Below are positions 1 through 13,146 of a stretch of 64,000 nt of DNA, one piece after another. This stretch comes from Vitrella brassicaformis CCMP3155. Its lineage: Eukaryota > Protista > Chromerida. The notes under the pieces were generated by a model that was not told the origin of the DNA, searched no databases, and saw only the letters and a list, made by a program, of their open reading frames with translations. Position 1 is the stretch's first letter, and each line of letters begins with the position of its first letter. A program made the position numbers and the translations under genes. Location: contig CDMY01000255.1 in NCBI GenBank assembly GCA_001179505.1, positions 1 through 64,000 of the forward strand, in the 5' to 3' direction.

Positions 1-838
1 CTAGCTGCACACAAGGAGCGGGCTCGCTGGCTTGCACTCAATCCATCTCTCCCACCCAGTCAGTTTGATGGTGAGTATGACTTCATATATGAGTTGCATG
101 AGATGGAGCAGTGGGTGCTTGACGCTGACTTGTCAGACTAGCACCCACTGCTCCATGGGAAGGGCAGATAGGCCTTGTGCATGCATTCTGCATGTGCCTG
201 TTGCCTGTTTGGTGTGTGCTGTGGACAGAGAAGATGCCTGGTTGCGCCGGAAGGTAGCGCCGGGCTTAGGGACAGGTGTCTCGTCAAACCCTTAACCAAC
301 CAACCCCTTATGAATTTGATTTTCGGGATTCTTATCTCGTGGAATTCCGATGCGTGTAGGCAGCGTATGCGAGAGCTGTTTTGGTTAAGCAAAACTAGAC
401 AGCATGCTCTCGCTTCTGATGCCATTCGCGTGTCGTTCGGCAGCCGAACAAAGGAGGGAAAAAAGAAAACGATATATGGCAAGCCCTTCCGGTTTCACGC
501 ATTGCCTAAACATTCGCCTCTACTGTTTTACGGACACGCCTGCCCGAAGGGCAGGCACTCCACTTGTCCGAAAGGAGGAAAACTGCTGCGGCGGCATGCT
601 CTATGCGACGCTCTCAGGTGAATGCACTCATGCCGCAGTATGATTCATCGATGCATTGACGTATTGTTTGCTGCAGATCTGAGCGAGGGAGATAGGGTGG
701 AGTACGTCGCTTAGGGTGAGAAGAGGTGACGCGGACAGGACAGGCAGCATCCATCCAGGCAGCCGTCCCGTCAGAGGCGGAGAGCAGATTACAAGGCTTG
801 CTGGGATCTCGAGAAGCTGCACAAGGCACGTTGCAACG

Positions 839-1322
839 ATGGTGTGGCGCTGGTGGCTTATCGGTTTGTACGGCGTCCTTCTGTGGCTTATTCCTTTTGC
901 GGCCTCTTGCTTCTGCTTCGATAAGACCGGCAAGTTGTGGATGGACAAGACCGCGTTCAAGTCGTTGATGATGGTGCTCAGCGCGTCCGTAGGCACTGCG
1001 GCCTTCTGGTCTCTTGTCCGGCAGCATCTGTACCTCGATGCAGACGTAGGCAGAGAGCACCGGCGCACCCACTGCCCACATGTCGTGTTTGTCGCTGGTT
1101 CGTGTCTGTCTGCAGTCGTTGTCGGCTCTGTGTGTGACGAGTGGCTTTGTGTGGCTGGGCATCAACTACGCCCTCGACCTCCTCGTGCTGTTGCCAATGG
1201 GGCAGTATTCCCTCCTTGTGTGGTTTGTTGAGATCGGTGTTCGGTATATGCCGATGCCCCTGACGGGCTGGCTCTTGGGAGAGGCAATCCGGATGGCAGC
1301 TGGCCTCAAGGAAGGGCCCTGA
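839..1322 (+). CDS. Small multi-pass membrane protein, 2 exons (839-1045, 1116-1322)
   Basis: ATG at 839; MVWRWWLIGLYGVLLWLIPFAASCFCFDKTGKLWMDKTAFKSLMMV...; GT at 1046 and CAG ending at 1115 give a phase-0 join to SLSALCVTSGFVWLGINYALDLLVLLPMG...IGVRYMPMP; about 4 hydrophobic segments. Confidence 0.8.
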
Positions 1323-1958
1323 ATAAATGGTGGGATGTCTGGCCACCATGCTAAGTAATGCTCACAGGAAGCTGCCGATGCGTTTTTCTCGCATCTGTTT
1401 GCCGGTGGAGGCAACGATCTGTCACAGCACTTTTCTGTGTGGCTTTCTTTATGCCTGACCACCGCGGTGATGGTCGCTGGTCGTTAGACGTTCTATATGG
1501 ATGTCTGAGACATTCGTTCTGTCGGTTGAAATCCAACTGGGTCAACCACACGTGAGTCCCGGCCATCCACTTCACGTACCCCATAACCCTCCCTCTCCCA
1601 TTGACACGCGTCATGCATTCATTCTGTTCGTCAATCACTGATAGCTATGGATGAAAAGCGACCAGCATGATCGGTTCTGCTCCGCCTGCCTCGGAGCTCT
1701 GGCTTGGACGGCTGCTGTGCCGGCTTCGTTGCCTCACCAACATGGGTGATGTACGAGGCCGGCGGCGTGCAGCGAATCCAACCAGAGCTCAGGTAGAACC
1801 AGAAGGAAGAATGACGGCATGCACCACCACACGGAGATGGGAATTGTGTTCAAACGGAGGCAGCAATCGAACATCACTCTCTCAGCCTTTTCTCGCAATA
1901 CAGGGGCCGACGAATCAGCCCAGCTCGTCTGTGTCCCCTCACGACCCCCATGCATCCC

Positions 1959-4900
1959 TTAAACAGCATCAGTCTTCCCTTCCTCCTTCCCCACTCCCTC
2001 TCCCCCTCCCCCATCATCTCCTTTGAGCACCATCTCCCTGGCCATCTGTGTGGCCCTCTGGTGGGCCGCCAGGACGGCCGCCCTCTTGGATCGTCCCGTG
2101 GCGTGCTCGAGGGCGGGGTCACGGTGGGAGGGGATGGGGTGCAGCAGCCAGGGGTCCAGCATGGAGGGCAGGGCCGTGGCATCCTCTCTCTTGGTCAGGC
2201 TGTGGATCAGAGAGGACGTGGTGTCCAGCTGCAGCTGCAGGGGCTGCGACATTGACTCGGTCAGCTCAGCCACTGCACACAAAGGCAAAGAAGATTGGAA
2301 GGAATCATAGATTGTTTCAGGAGCAGCGTACCTAGTTTTGGTCCCAGTATGTCTGCTGAGATGCCCTTGGTGATGCTGACGATCGCGGCCTGACACTCAT
2401 CCTCGCCCTTCTCCTGCACATGCATACACACACAGACGGCATAAGAGCTAAGTAAGACACTTGTCCATGCATCTTGCTCTTGTCCCTCTCACCTCTTCAA
2501 GCCATGCATCCAGCTTCTCCGCTGCCTCATCCGCACCCTCTTGGTCCTCTTCCACCTCCCTACCCCTCTCCTCCATCCTGCCCTCTGCCATCCTCTCATC
2601 AGTCACCATCGGCCCCTCACCCATGCCGCCCATCAGCTCGCCGAACGCCGGCCCCGGTGGCCCACCAAACCCACCTCCCCGCCAGCCTCCAGACATGTCA
2701 GGTGGTGGCGGTGGCTGGAAGCGCGGCCCGTAGTCCATGGGCCCCCTTGGCGGAGGATAGTCCATCGGGTGGTGTGGGGGATACATAATGTGCGGGGGCC
2801 TCTCGGGGCCACCGTAGAACGAGTCTGGCGGGCCCCCCCAGTGCCCGCCGCGATCCGACATGGGTGGCGGTGGTGGGGGAGGGGGCCCCTCGTCCTCTCT
2901 GTCCCATCTCCCAGGCCCAGGCCCAGGGCGCCACGGCCGGTCAATGGGCGTCGGGCCCGGCACACGAGGGGGTGGGAGTGGACGAGGCCAGCGGCCTTCC
3001 TGAGGGGGCGGCCTTCGCGGATAGTACGATATCGGCACGCCAGGCCCGGGTTGCTCCTCTTCCTCGCCTCGCATCATGAAGTCCTCCCCTTCACGGCCCT
3101 CCTCTTCTCTCTGCTGTGGTGGCGGGAACTGGCCGAAACCCTCAGACCCTCCAGGTCCACCAGGCCCTTCCCATGGCCCAGGAGGAGGTCGAAAGCCTTC
3201 GCCGAATGGCGGCGGCTGATAGGGTGGCCGAAAGCCGCCGTCCTCCCTGTCGTCCCTGTGCATTACGTGGGGGTAGGGAGGCTCCTCCCTCTCCGGCCGC
3301 ATCATCGGTCGCGGGCGCCATCCAAAGGGCGGCCCGCCCTCGGGATAGAACATCTGCCTGTCCGGTGGCGGGTGGCGGGGCGCACTCGAGCTGCGAGTCA
3401 TCTGTTGGTGATCGTCTGGCTGCTGCTGTGGCTGTTGTTGCTGCGGTGGATGATGGGGCGGGGGTGGTAGAGCGCCATCGGCCATGTGTGGTGGCAAGGG
3501 GCCTGGCTGTGGCGGGCCTGGCGGTGGTGTGAAAGGCGATCGATCCATCTGACCATTCTGCGGGGGCGGGGGCTGGCCGCCAGCCGGGCCAAAAGGAGCA
3601 GGAGGACCACCTGCACGTAACAAACAGAGATAGAAAGACGAATGAATGCGACCATCTCATGGTTCCGTGCATATTCTCACCTTCTCCCATGTCGCTTCTC
3701 GGCACCATCATCGCCCCGCTGCCGCGCGGCCCAGTGCCCATCCACTGCTGCCCATCCTGCCCGCCATCGCCAGCCGGCACTGGGGGCGATGAAGGGATAG
3801 ATGGCGGCTTGCTGCCCTGCTCGATCCACCGACCAGATGCTGTGCGGCGCGCGTGTGGGGCGGGGGTAAGGATGGGAGGGTAGCGACGCGACGGCGGAGG
3901 CGCCAGCCAGTCGGGGGGCGGTTGTTGCTGCTGCTGCTGCATGTCTGGTGGGCCGCTCTCTGGAGAGTGGATGGGCGGTGGCTCGATGGGGGCCTGAGGA
4001 ATCAGCCGAGAGAGAGAAATCAATCTCATGATCCAATTGTCATGGTCTTGTTTCGATCTTACCTGCTGCTGCGGTGGTGGTGGTGGTGGTGGAGGTGGCT
4101 GTCCTCCCTCCTCTCTCGGCTTCTCTCCCTCACCAACGTAGCCCCTCATCCCCTCATGCTGCTGCTGCTGCTGTTGATGTTGCTGCTGTGGGTATTGCCC
4201 CTCATAGGGCCCTGGTGGCGGTCGATACATGCCCTCGTCCATCATGGGCGGCGGGCCCCGCCAGCCAGCACCAGGATGGGACGGCTGACCCTGCCAGGGC
4301 GGCGGAGGGCGGCCGTAGCCGGGATGGTGATGCTGATGCATGTCGGGGGGCGGCCCTTCGTGCGGTGGCATGTCTGCGTCGGGTGGCGGGGGCTGCTGGT
4401 GGGGTGGATGCATTATCAACGGAGGCCGGTCTGACGGTGGCATAAAGGGACGGTGAGGTCCTCGGAAGGGGAAGCGACCGCCTCGAGGGCCGCCGTCCCA
4501 GGGAGGTCTGGGGCCGCCTTCAGGGAACCCGTGCTCACCGCCCTGACCACCAGGGGGCTGCTGCTGCTGCTGCTGCTGCATGGAAACAGGACAGGAGTGT
4601 CACGTACGGCGAGTGATGTGATGTGATGTGATGTGTGCTGTCGTATGGTGGTGTCTGACCTCGTGTTGTTGTGGCGGCCTCCATCCTCTTGGTCTGAGCA
4701 TGGGTCCTCCTCCACCCCCTTCCCTCTCCATCCTGCCCCTGAAGCCACCCCGCCCCCTGCCCCTGCCGCGCGCCTCGCGTGCCTCCCGCGCCTGCTTTCG
4801 CTCCATCTCCTTCTTCTCCCACCACGGGGGAGACCGCCGATTGCCGTCACCTGGGCGATCGCCCTGAGGAGGTCGTTCGCCTTCACGAGGTCGGTCGCCT

Positions 4901-6176
4901 TCCTCACGCGAGTCACGCCTCTCCCTCTCCCTATCCCTCTCCCTCTCTCTGCTCTCCCTGCTGTCTTCGCGTCGCCTGAATCCGCCACGACTGTCGTCCT
5001 TTCCACCGGCCTCCTCACCGCCCCTTGCCGGAGGGTCGCAGGGCTCGCCCACGTCTGGCGCCCTGTCGAAACGATGTGGCCGGTCCTGACCGCGGAACTT
5101 GACGGGCGACCCGACGTTATCCTGCTGCTGCTGCTGCTGGCCGTCACCGCCGCCAAAGCCGCTGCTGACCTTGCCGGCCTCGACATCCGGCCTGTCATCT
5201 TCGGGCTTGGGCTGGTCCAGCTTTGGTGATGATGTGTCCATGATGACGCGACGGGCGGGGACGGGGGGCGTGTCCCGCCTGGGTGACTCGTCCCGACGAG
5301 AAGGGGGGGTGGGAGTGCCGCCACCGGTGAAGCTGTTGGCCTGCATCCATAGATCAGAGCACAAAGACCAGCCGTGAAGTCCGTGATGGGTGGCGCGTTG
5401 TCTTGCTGCCTGCCTCACCCTCGGAGGTTCTCTGTCGCTCCTCCCACGCTCCCGTGACCGTCTGGGCGACCTCTCGCGGTGTCTGTCCCTCGCATCTCTA
5501 TCGTCCCTGAAGCCCCTGTCATCCCTGTCACGCGAGAAGGGCTGATGGCTGTTGTCCAGGTCCCTCTCCCTCTCCCTGTCTCGGTCTGCCCTCCTGGGTG
5601 TGGAGTGGTCGTTGTGGGCGTCGCGGTGCTCCCTGTGCCTGCTGCGGTCGTGGCGGCTCTCATCGTCAGACTCTCGCCTGCGGTCCTTTTCCTGACGATC
5701 CTTGTCCTGAGTAAGGAAAGCGCGTGTGCCTGCCTGTTGTCTGCCTGTCCGTCTGTGTGGGTACGAACCTTGTGTTTGTGCTTCTTCTTGTGCGACCTCT
5801 TGGTGTCGTCACTGTCAGGCGAGGAGCTGACAATCCTGTCCCGCTCATCCCGCTCGCCCGACCGGTGTTTCCTCTTCTTGGCCTTCTTCCGCTCCCTCCT
5901 CCGCTCATCATCCTCCCTAGTATCGCGCTCGCCACGCCTCAGACCCTCCATTGCCTCGTCCACATCACGACCCAGGTGACGCGCCTCAGGAGACTGCATC
6001 CATGAGCCATCCCAATGAAAACAGGTGGCCTTCTCTGCCTTTGTGTGCGTCTATGTGCTTACGTGTACCAGTCCCAGTTCTTCAGCAGGGTCCACCGGCG
6101 GCTCCGATGGCCTCCATCTGTCGTCGCGACTCGCAGCACCGAACCCATCCTCGAAACGAGAACGACACTGTGACAT
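1959..6176 (-). CDS. Long multi-exon low-complexity protein (Arg/Asp/Glu-rich N-part, Pro/Gly/Gln-rich middle, short helical C-terminal region); 3' end approximate
   Basis: Chain of long minus-strand ORFs (5415-5999, 4600-5418, 3142-4581, 2448-3623, 1959-2396) linked by GT-AG introns; probable start MSQCRSRF at 6176; composition typical of nuclear RNA-processing factors; no family recognised. Confidence 0.7.
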
Positions 6177-6521
6177 GCTGGCCCCTGATGCTCACTCAGC
6201 TCATGCAGCACGTATCCTCAGCTGGCAGAACGGCATTTCCATACGCGAAGGTGGGTGCCGAACGCGAAGAACATTGAATGATCCGCAAAGTTGTTTTTTC
6301 GCTCACAAAGCCCTCAACAGTCACAGCATAACGCACCGGATCCCGAGATCTTCCGCCCGACCATGCGAGCTGAGCTCGCAGACGACACTGGAGCTCGCAT
6401 TTTTTGCGTTCGTCACCCACCCAACCAACCATCGATTTCAGCGTCTGCACACCGTTCATCAATGGATCTGCCACTCACATACTCTGGAAGGGAAGTGCTT
6501 CTCGCATGGAGGTGAGAATGA

Positions 6522-8892
6522 ATGCACAAGAAACTCACTCAGTGGCTGGTGAAGATGCATCACTCGACTCAATGTGGGCGTGTTTGTCATGTGTGCAGAG
6601 TGGAACACAGCGGCCGGCTGACGCATTGGCTGACCATCGCTGCCAAGCTGGTGCTCCTGGCCTCCCATGGCCTCTGGCTGTACGCCCTGGCGCTCAGGCA
6701 GGATGGAGTCATCAGCTGGCGCTGGTCTTACGTCTTTCTGGTGGGCACCGACGACAAGCAGGACTAGAGGCGATAACAACGTCATGTTGGTGATTCATTC
6801 ACCGCTCTGTCCTTGTGTCTGTCTGTGTGTGCAGCCTGCGTGGATCGGTGACGTCCTCTGCTTGGCCATTCTTCTCATCAGCTGGTCAGTCAGTCAGTCA
6901 GTCAGTCAGTCAGTCAGTCAGAGAATGGCAGAACGCAGAGCAGCTTCTTGCATCTGGCTCCCTGCCTGCCGTTGGCCGACCTTCGTGCAGGTTCGCCTCG
7001 TGTCCGTACATTCGCCTCTGCCTAAATGAACACACCACACGAAGTGAGTGCAGCTCATCTGGCCATCCATACATGTCCTTGACCCTTCTTCGCCTGCCTA
7101 CCTGCCTGCCTGTGTTTGTCGTCTGCGCAGTTGGGAGCGACGACAATCCTTCCGTCTTGACAGAGATCCTTCCAGAGTACAGACACACGACTTACAAGGG
7201 TTCAGGTGCCGTCCCTTTCTCTCTCTACGTACGTGTATTGCAGGATTTTCCTTGCCATGCTGGGCTTCTTCTTTGTCTTGGTCAGCGCCAACAGATGAGC
7301 TACATGTTGGTGTGTGGGTGTAAGCAGCTGCTGTCCATGTTGGTTGGCACCTCAGCTCATTTTGGCGAGCGAGTCGCTCCTATGTCAATTTCTCGCTTCT
7401 GCGCAAAAGGTGGATGCACTGCAATGCACCGCGCGGAAGTGACAGTCATGCTGTGTTGGTGATTCCTCGTGGCTGCAGTCTGCGATGCTGGTGAGCATGT
7501 TCGTGTTTGGGGTGTCTTTGCTGTGCGGATGCCACGGGCTCTGTCTCAAGAGCGACAGTGCACACGTGTATGGGCTGCTGGGACTCGACGGACTCGTCAC
7601 GCTCGCGCTCCTGCTGGTGGGGAAATGTATGGGAGGGAGGGAAACAATGGCAAGCGGCGCATGTGTGTATGTGTGTGGGTGACAGGGCGTGAGGGAGTTC
7701 GATTGGCCAGTGAGCCTGATTGCGATGCCCTCTGTCGTGGCAGTAATGCTGACAAGCACACTACCCTGTGTGAACGCACCCACGAATGTCATTGTTTGCT
7801 TCAGGCCTTCTGCTTCCTTGTGTGTGCTGGTCGGGACTACAAGAGGAGCGCTGACGTGCTCGTCAGAGGTACGCATGGCGCCACACAACACACACGACAG
7901 ATTTAGTGAGGGAGGGATTTCACGCCTTGCTGGCTGCGTGTGGTCAGAGGAGAAGATCCTCCGCATTTTGGAGAGTGTGTTCCTGCTGTGCATCCTCTCG
8001 GCTGCCGCGTCCACCTATTTCACGCTGCTCAACAAGGACCCTGCCGACAGGAGATTCAGCAGAGACGGATTCGTCGTCGCTTTCTCCATGGTAAGAACAA
8101 GACAGAGAATCCCGAGATCGCCTCCTTCGTTCCTTACTCATTGATGTTGTTGCCTACAGGTGGTGATAAGTGTGGTTCGCGGCGTCCTGGCCTACAAGGA
8201 GATCCAGCTGGGAGAAGTCAGCGCCCGTAGGCTTCGCGTCATGCCACAACCAGGTGAACAACACGCTATGTCAATCTCCATCCATCCGCACACGTGCCTC
8301 CTTCGTTCCTTCCCTCCCTCCCTGATCAATCAGAGCCGACTCGCCGGTCCCTCTTCTTCGAGATCGGCGGCAGCCGCCGCACCGTCACACCCAGGTCGCC
8401 ATCGCGCCCCTCGTCAGAGCTGCAGCCCCAGGCCTCACTCAGGCGGCCGGCGCCACCGCAGCCCCCGAGGCCGACACCCTCCACAGCGACGTCCATTCAC
8501 TCGCAGCAGGCGTCAGGTGTGGCGGTGCCGCACGTGCCTGCTGCATCGCTCAACGCCATGAACCACGCCAGGACGCTGGCCGTCACTAACCAGAGCGACA
8601 GCAGCGCTGCCAGTAACAGCACCTCCACCAGGGACGAGCGGGAGAGGGACAGGAGGTCAGCACACACCATACCACACCAGACCTCACAGACTGACAGTGC
8701 AAGTTTGGGCGTGTGGTGTGCGTGTGTGTGCCGTGCAGGGTGCCTTCACATCCGTTGGAGGGGGGCAGTGGTCGGGCGCGTCAGCTGGAGGAGGCCAAGC
8801 AGCCGCTCACGGGCGAGAAGGGCGGCCGGGGCGGCCTGGGGCTCGCCTTCACCAGACAAGACAGGGGCAAACCGCCGGACGACAATGTGTGA
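6522..8892 (+). CDS. Multi-exon polytopic membrane protein, TMEM185/TMEM60-like
   Basis: Hydrophobic exons including LWLYALALRQDGVISWRWSYVF|PAWIGDVLCLAILLISW (W-x-x-VF-P-x-W-I-x-D pattern of the TMEM185 family), MLVSMFVFGVSLLCG, ILESVFLLCILSAAASTYF; low-complexity tail ending DRGKPPDDNV-TGA at 8892. Confidence 0.6.
6885..6920. repeat. (GTCA)n microsatellite, intronic
   Basis: Directly visible tetranucleotide run; many similar (CCAT)n, (GACA)n and (GT)n runs occur in introns throughout the window. Confidence 0.9.
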
Positions 8893-9564
8893 AGTGCCAA
8901 CTCTGATGGCATGGATGGATGGATAGCATTTGCCTTCTTGTGGTGAGTGACTTTTTCGGCATTTCGGCCGTCATGAAGAGCGTATACATGTGTCACTCCG
9001 TGCGTGTGGGTGGTTCTCGATTACCGTGGGCAATGGATGCTCGAAGAGATGCGAAGGTTGAGGAGACTTGTTTGTGGTGAAATGGGCATTCACTCATTCA
9101 CAGATGCATCCATACACACACGAGTCATGCTGTCGACACCCAGCGAATGGAACACACATGAGCGCTGCACTCATGTATTTTGCACACACACTAAGTGGGT
9201 GTAGGTGGACAGGCAGTCGACACACCATCGCCCCACACGCACGAAAAAGCAACAGCCAAGAGAGCAATCCGACAGCCGAGCGGACAAGAAGACGTGCAGA
9301 TGAATTGTCAGCCGGCCATCCATCCATCCATCAATCTGTTTTGTGCACCACATGCACTTATCCACTCCAGAAAAGAAGCCATAGCTAGGCTCGGCCCGAC
9401 CGACCCATCTCCCCCTTACTATCGGACCACCCCTCCCTCCTTCCATCAGAGCAGCTGTACACAAGCAGGAGGCCTCACTCAGTCCTCACAGCGAGGGGGC
9501 ATGATATCCGCTACAGCTAGGCCCTCCCTCTCTCCGTCACCCCTGTGTGTGTGGTCGTGTGTGA

Positions 9565-10166
9565 TCAGGGGAATGTTTTCTTGGTCATGATGGTGTAGAA
9601 GTCCTCGAAGGAGATCTCTCCGTCTCCGTTGCTGTCGGCGCGTTCGATCATCTCCCGCAGCTCCTCCTCGGTCATGGTCTCGCCCAGCTCCTTGGCCACC
9701 CTCTTGAGGTTCTTGATCGTGATGGTCCCCGTCTTGTCCTCGTCAAACAGCGCAAATATCTTCTGAATCCCATCACGAGACTCCTTATCACCCTGCATGC
9801 ACGCACCCACCCACACACCACAGGCATCCTTGTCTCATGTGCCGTCCCACACGTACGCGCCTCACTCGGTGTGTGCATGATTATTGTGTGCGGGCGTACG
9901 AGTTTTGCGCAGATGGCGTCCAGGAACTCATCGAAGTCGATGGCGCCGCTGCCGTCCCTGTCGAGGTCTGCTATCATCTGGAAGATGGTGGGGTTCTTGG
10001 TCTCGAAGCCCAGCGACTGCATCGCCGCCTTGAGCTCCTTCGGGTCTATCGTGCCGCTGCCGTCCGTGTCAAACAGGTTGAAGGCCTCACGAATCTCGTC
10101 TATCTCGTCCTCCGTCAGGCCGGGACGCTCGTACGCCAACCGCTTGTTGCGCGTCAGGCGGCTCAT
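9565..10166 (-). CDS. CEN2: Centrin (apicomplexan centrin-2 type), 2 exons (10166-9900, 9792-9565)
   Basis: [48 protein letters not shown]...[17 protein letters not shown]...[26 protein letters not shown]; four EF-hands; clean phase-0 intron. Confidence 0.93.
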
Positions 10167-10585
10167 CGCGACAAATCAACCAACCAACCAGCAAGGGGTC
10201 AAGGGCCAACCACTACACTTCTCGCGCCGCTCTGAAATGCGATGAGAGGCGCTGGAAAGTGGCGATCTCTTTTCTGCCAAGCTCGCAGGGAGGAGGGAAG
10301 GAAAAGAAAAGGGAAAGACGAGCCCGAGGCGTTGGCAGACGCCGCCAGGCCTCATGGCTTCCTTCCTTGTCGGAACTATCCATGAAGTCCACATCTGACC
10401 CTTCGGATGCCTCTCTCGCGACGATGCGGCGGCGAGTCTCGTCGAAGAGGGGCAGCCACTGACGATAGACAGGTAGGGCGAAGGCGAGATGGGAAGGAAA
10501 GGGCATCCCTCATAATGGTTGACAATTTATCCATCTTGTGTGTGCAGGGCGGTTCACGTCGACTGGAGACCAGTGGCTTAAGACG

Positions 10586-13146
10586 ATGTCGAGCACATAC
10601 GACGGAGCCGACCTGACGGCGCGTGTCGATTCGCGTATCAGAGAATACGCAGATTCTGTTCTGCGGGAGCGCGCGGCTTTTGTTCTGCAAGAGTGTCTGA
10701 GGAGCCCGAGAACGGACACAATTACGCAGGGAAAAGCGCAAACACTAGGTAAGGCAGCTAGCCGACAGGTCATTATGGATCTCTAATGGTGGTGGTGCTT
10801 TATGGGCGGGTGGCGCGGTGCAGAGGCATTTCTGGTGCTGGAGGAGATCCCGGATGCCGCTCGTGTTGCGAACGTCATTAGCACAGCTTTGCAGCAGGTC
10901 CCGTCATCTGCAACAGCTGATGCTGGTCCTACTGCGGTGGGTGTGGCTGGCCGAGAAAATCTGGCATGCACACAGATACGACCTGGCATGGTGCTCACTT
11001 GTGTTTGCTTGTTGGCTCGATCAGGGGCAGATGCCGCTATCAGAGAACAAGCTGCTTTGGTCCTGCAAGAGTGTCTGAGGCGCCCGGCAACGGACAGTGC
11101 AATCACGACAGTAGGTAAGCAGCCAGCCGACAGGCCATTATGGATCTCTAGTGGTGGTGGTTGTGTGGGCGGGTGGTGCGGGGCAGGGGCATTGCTGGTG
11201 TTGGAGGAGATCCCGGATGCCGCTCATGTTGCCAACGTCATTAGCACAGCTTTGCAGCAGGTCCCATCATCTGCTCAGGCTGCTGCTGCGGTGGGTGTGA
11301 CTGGCCGAGAAAGAGATACGCACGCAGACATGACATGGAATGATGCTCACTTGTGTGTTTGGGCCTTTTCCTTTCTTGTCAGGCCGCATCAGCATTGTCA
11401 AGTTCAGCAGCTGCCATGCCATCTCAGCCCTTCCCTCTCACGCCATCTCTCCCCACCACCACACCCCACCCATCCGCCCAGGCCCCCGCACTGACTCCCG
11501 TGTCAGTGGCCGACGGTGCAGCTGCAGCTGGGTCAGGGGAGAGGGCGGCAGACACACAGGAGGGGGGAGCAGGGCAGAAGGGAGACGACGGGGCGGAGGA
11601 GGGGGTGCGTGAGGGGCGGTACCGTGACGACCTGTTGGTAGAGTTGTTTGAGGAGCTCAAGATAGCCGACCCGATTCACTACGCGTGGTGTGAGGGGGCT
11701 GATACCTTCACGCGGGTCTACAGTAAGCACCCAGGGGAGGGGCCTGGCTATCACTCTTATGCCCATTTATCGCTTTGTGCCTGTATGTGACTGATTGGCG
11801 TGTCAGGAGCCCTGCATGACGCGAATGTCGCCAATCCGATGAAGGTTCTTCGCATTGTCGGGAGAGCGCTGGCGCAGCAGGTGGGTGGATCAACATGACG
11901 CTTTCATTGCATCGACGACAGGACTGTTGTTTGTGTGACTCGGACAGACGCAGCCCCCGCACTCCCACCGTCCCACCGACCCGTCTGTGTGTGTGTCATC
12001 CGGGCAGCCGGCAGACGGCGCGGGAGCTGTCGGTGACTCTGATGACCACGAGGCCATGCAGTTGGCGAACGATGAGGCCGCTGATCCTGCACCGTCGAGT
12101 CATCCTCCCGCCCCTCCCCTGCCACGGCAGCCGCCTGCGTCTCAGGGAGAGCCGGCAGGTGCGATCAGCCTGGAGGACATGGAGCGCTTCTGGAGGGAAC
12201 AATACACCGCTTTGACGGTATGTCACATGTCATTTGCAACAAGCACCATGTCATCTCCTCGGTTGCCTTTTCTTTGTGGCTGGCTGGTTCGATCAGGGGC
12301 AGATGCGGCCCATCGCACCGCCCAATCCTCAGGTACAGACAGGCAGACAGATAGACAGACAGACAGACGCGCGAATGATGAGGAGAGCACCACATGTTCA
12401 ATGACGTGACGACTGTGTCGCTCGTCAGCATGGTGGTGGCGGTGCTGCTGATGACGACGACGAGGACATGGAGCGCTTTTGCTGGGAACGATACACCGAA
12501 TTGACGGTATGTCACACATGTCCTTTGAATCACCATGTCACTCCTCGGTTGCCTTTTCTTGGTGGCTGGATCAGGGACAGGTGCCGCCCATCGCACCGCT
12601 CAATCCTCAGGTACAGACAGGCAGACAGACAGACAGACAACGTGTATCATGAGAAAGGCACCACATGTTCCATGACACGATGACTGTATTGCTCGTCAGG
12701 CTGGTGGCTGGGCTTCTGCTGCTGTTGCTGCATCGAGCGGGCCTCTGCCAGCAGCATCCACTACAGCTACTCCTGTGGTGGGGACACCTACGCCAGCACA
12801 CAAAGACACCTGGTCTTCGTGGACGGATCGTTCATGCTGTCAGGTCGGGGACTCCTCCGTTCCACCCATGACACTGTTTCCGCCCGGCCGCGTGTTTTTG
12901 GGCCCTCTCCGGCCGCCCCCCTGCCCCTGGCCCTTCGCCCCACCCATGGCCGTCAACCACAACACTCCAGCTCGACCACCGCACATCCCCATGGCGTCGA
13001 TCATGGCGCCTCCTCCTGGCCAGATGATGATGCACCCCTCCGCGGCTGGAGGTGCCCGGATGATGCTCCCGAGTGCCACCCGCACAGGCCAGCAGGCACC
13101 ATCCGTGCAGACGACCGGCGGGGCACCGACGACTGGGAACGGCTAG
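10586..13146 (+). CDS. Multi-exon hypothetical protein built from duplicated exon-intron blocks, Pro-rich tail
   Basis: Repeated exons IRE(x)...AA(F/L)VLQECLR and LVLEEIPDAA(R/H)VANVISTALQQVPSSA (2x each), EDMERF(W/C)..(Q/R)YT.LT (2x); terminal exon ends TTGNG-TAG at 13146. Confidence 0.6.

Noticed and set aside
2023-5999. Numerous long plus-strand ORFs over the Pro-rich gene
   Set aside because: Antisense shadows of GC-rich low-complexity coding sequence; the splice signals all point to the minus strand.
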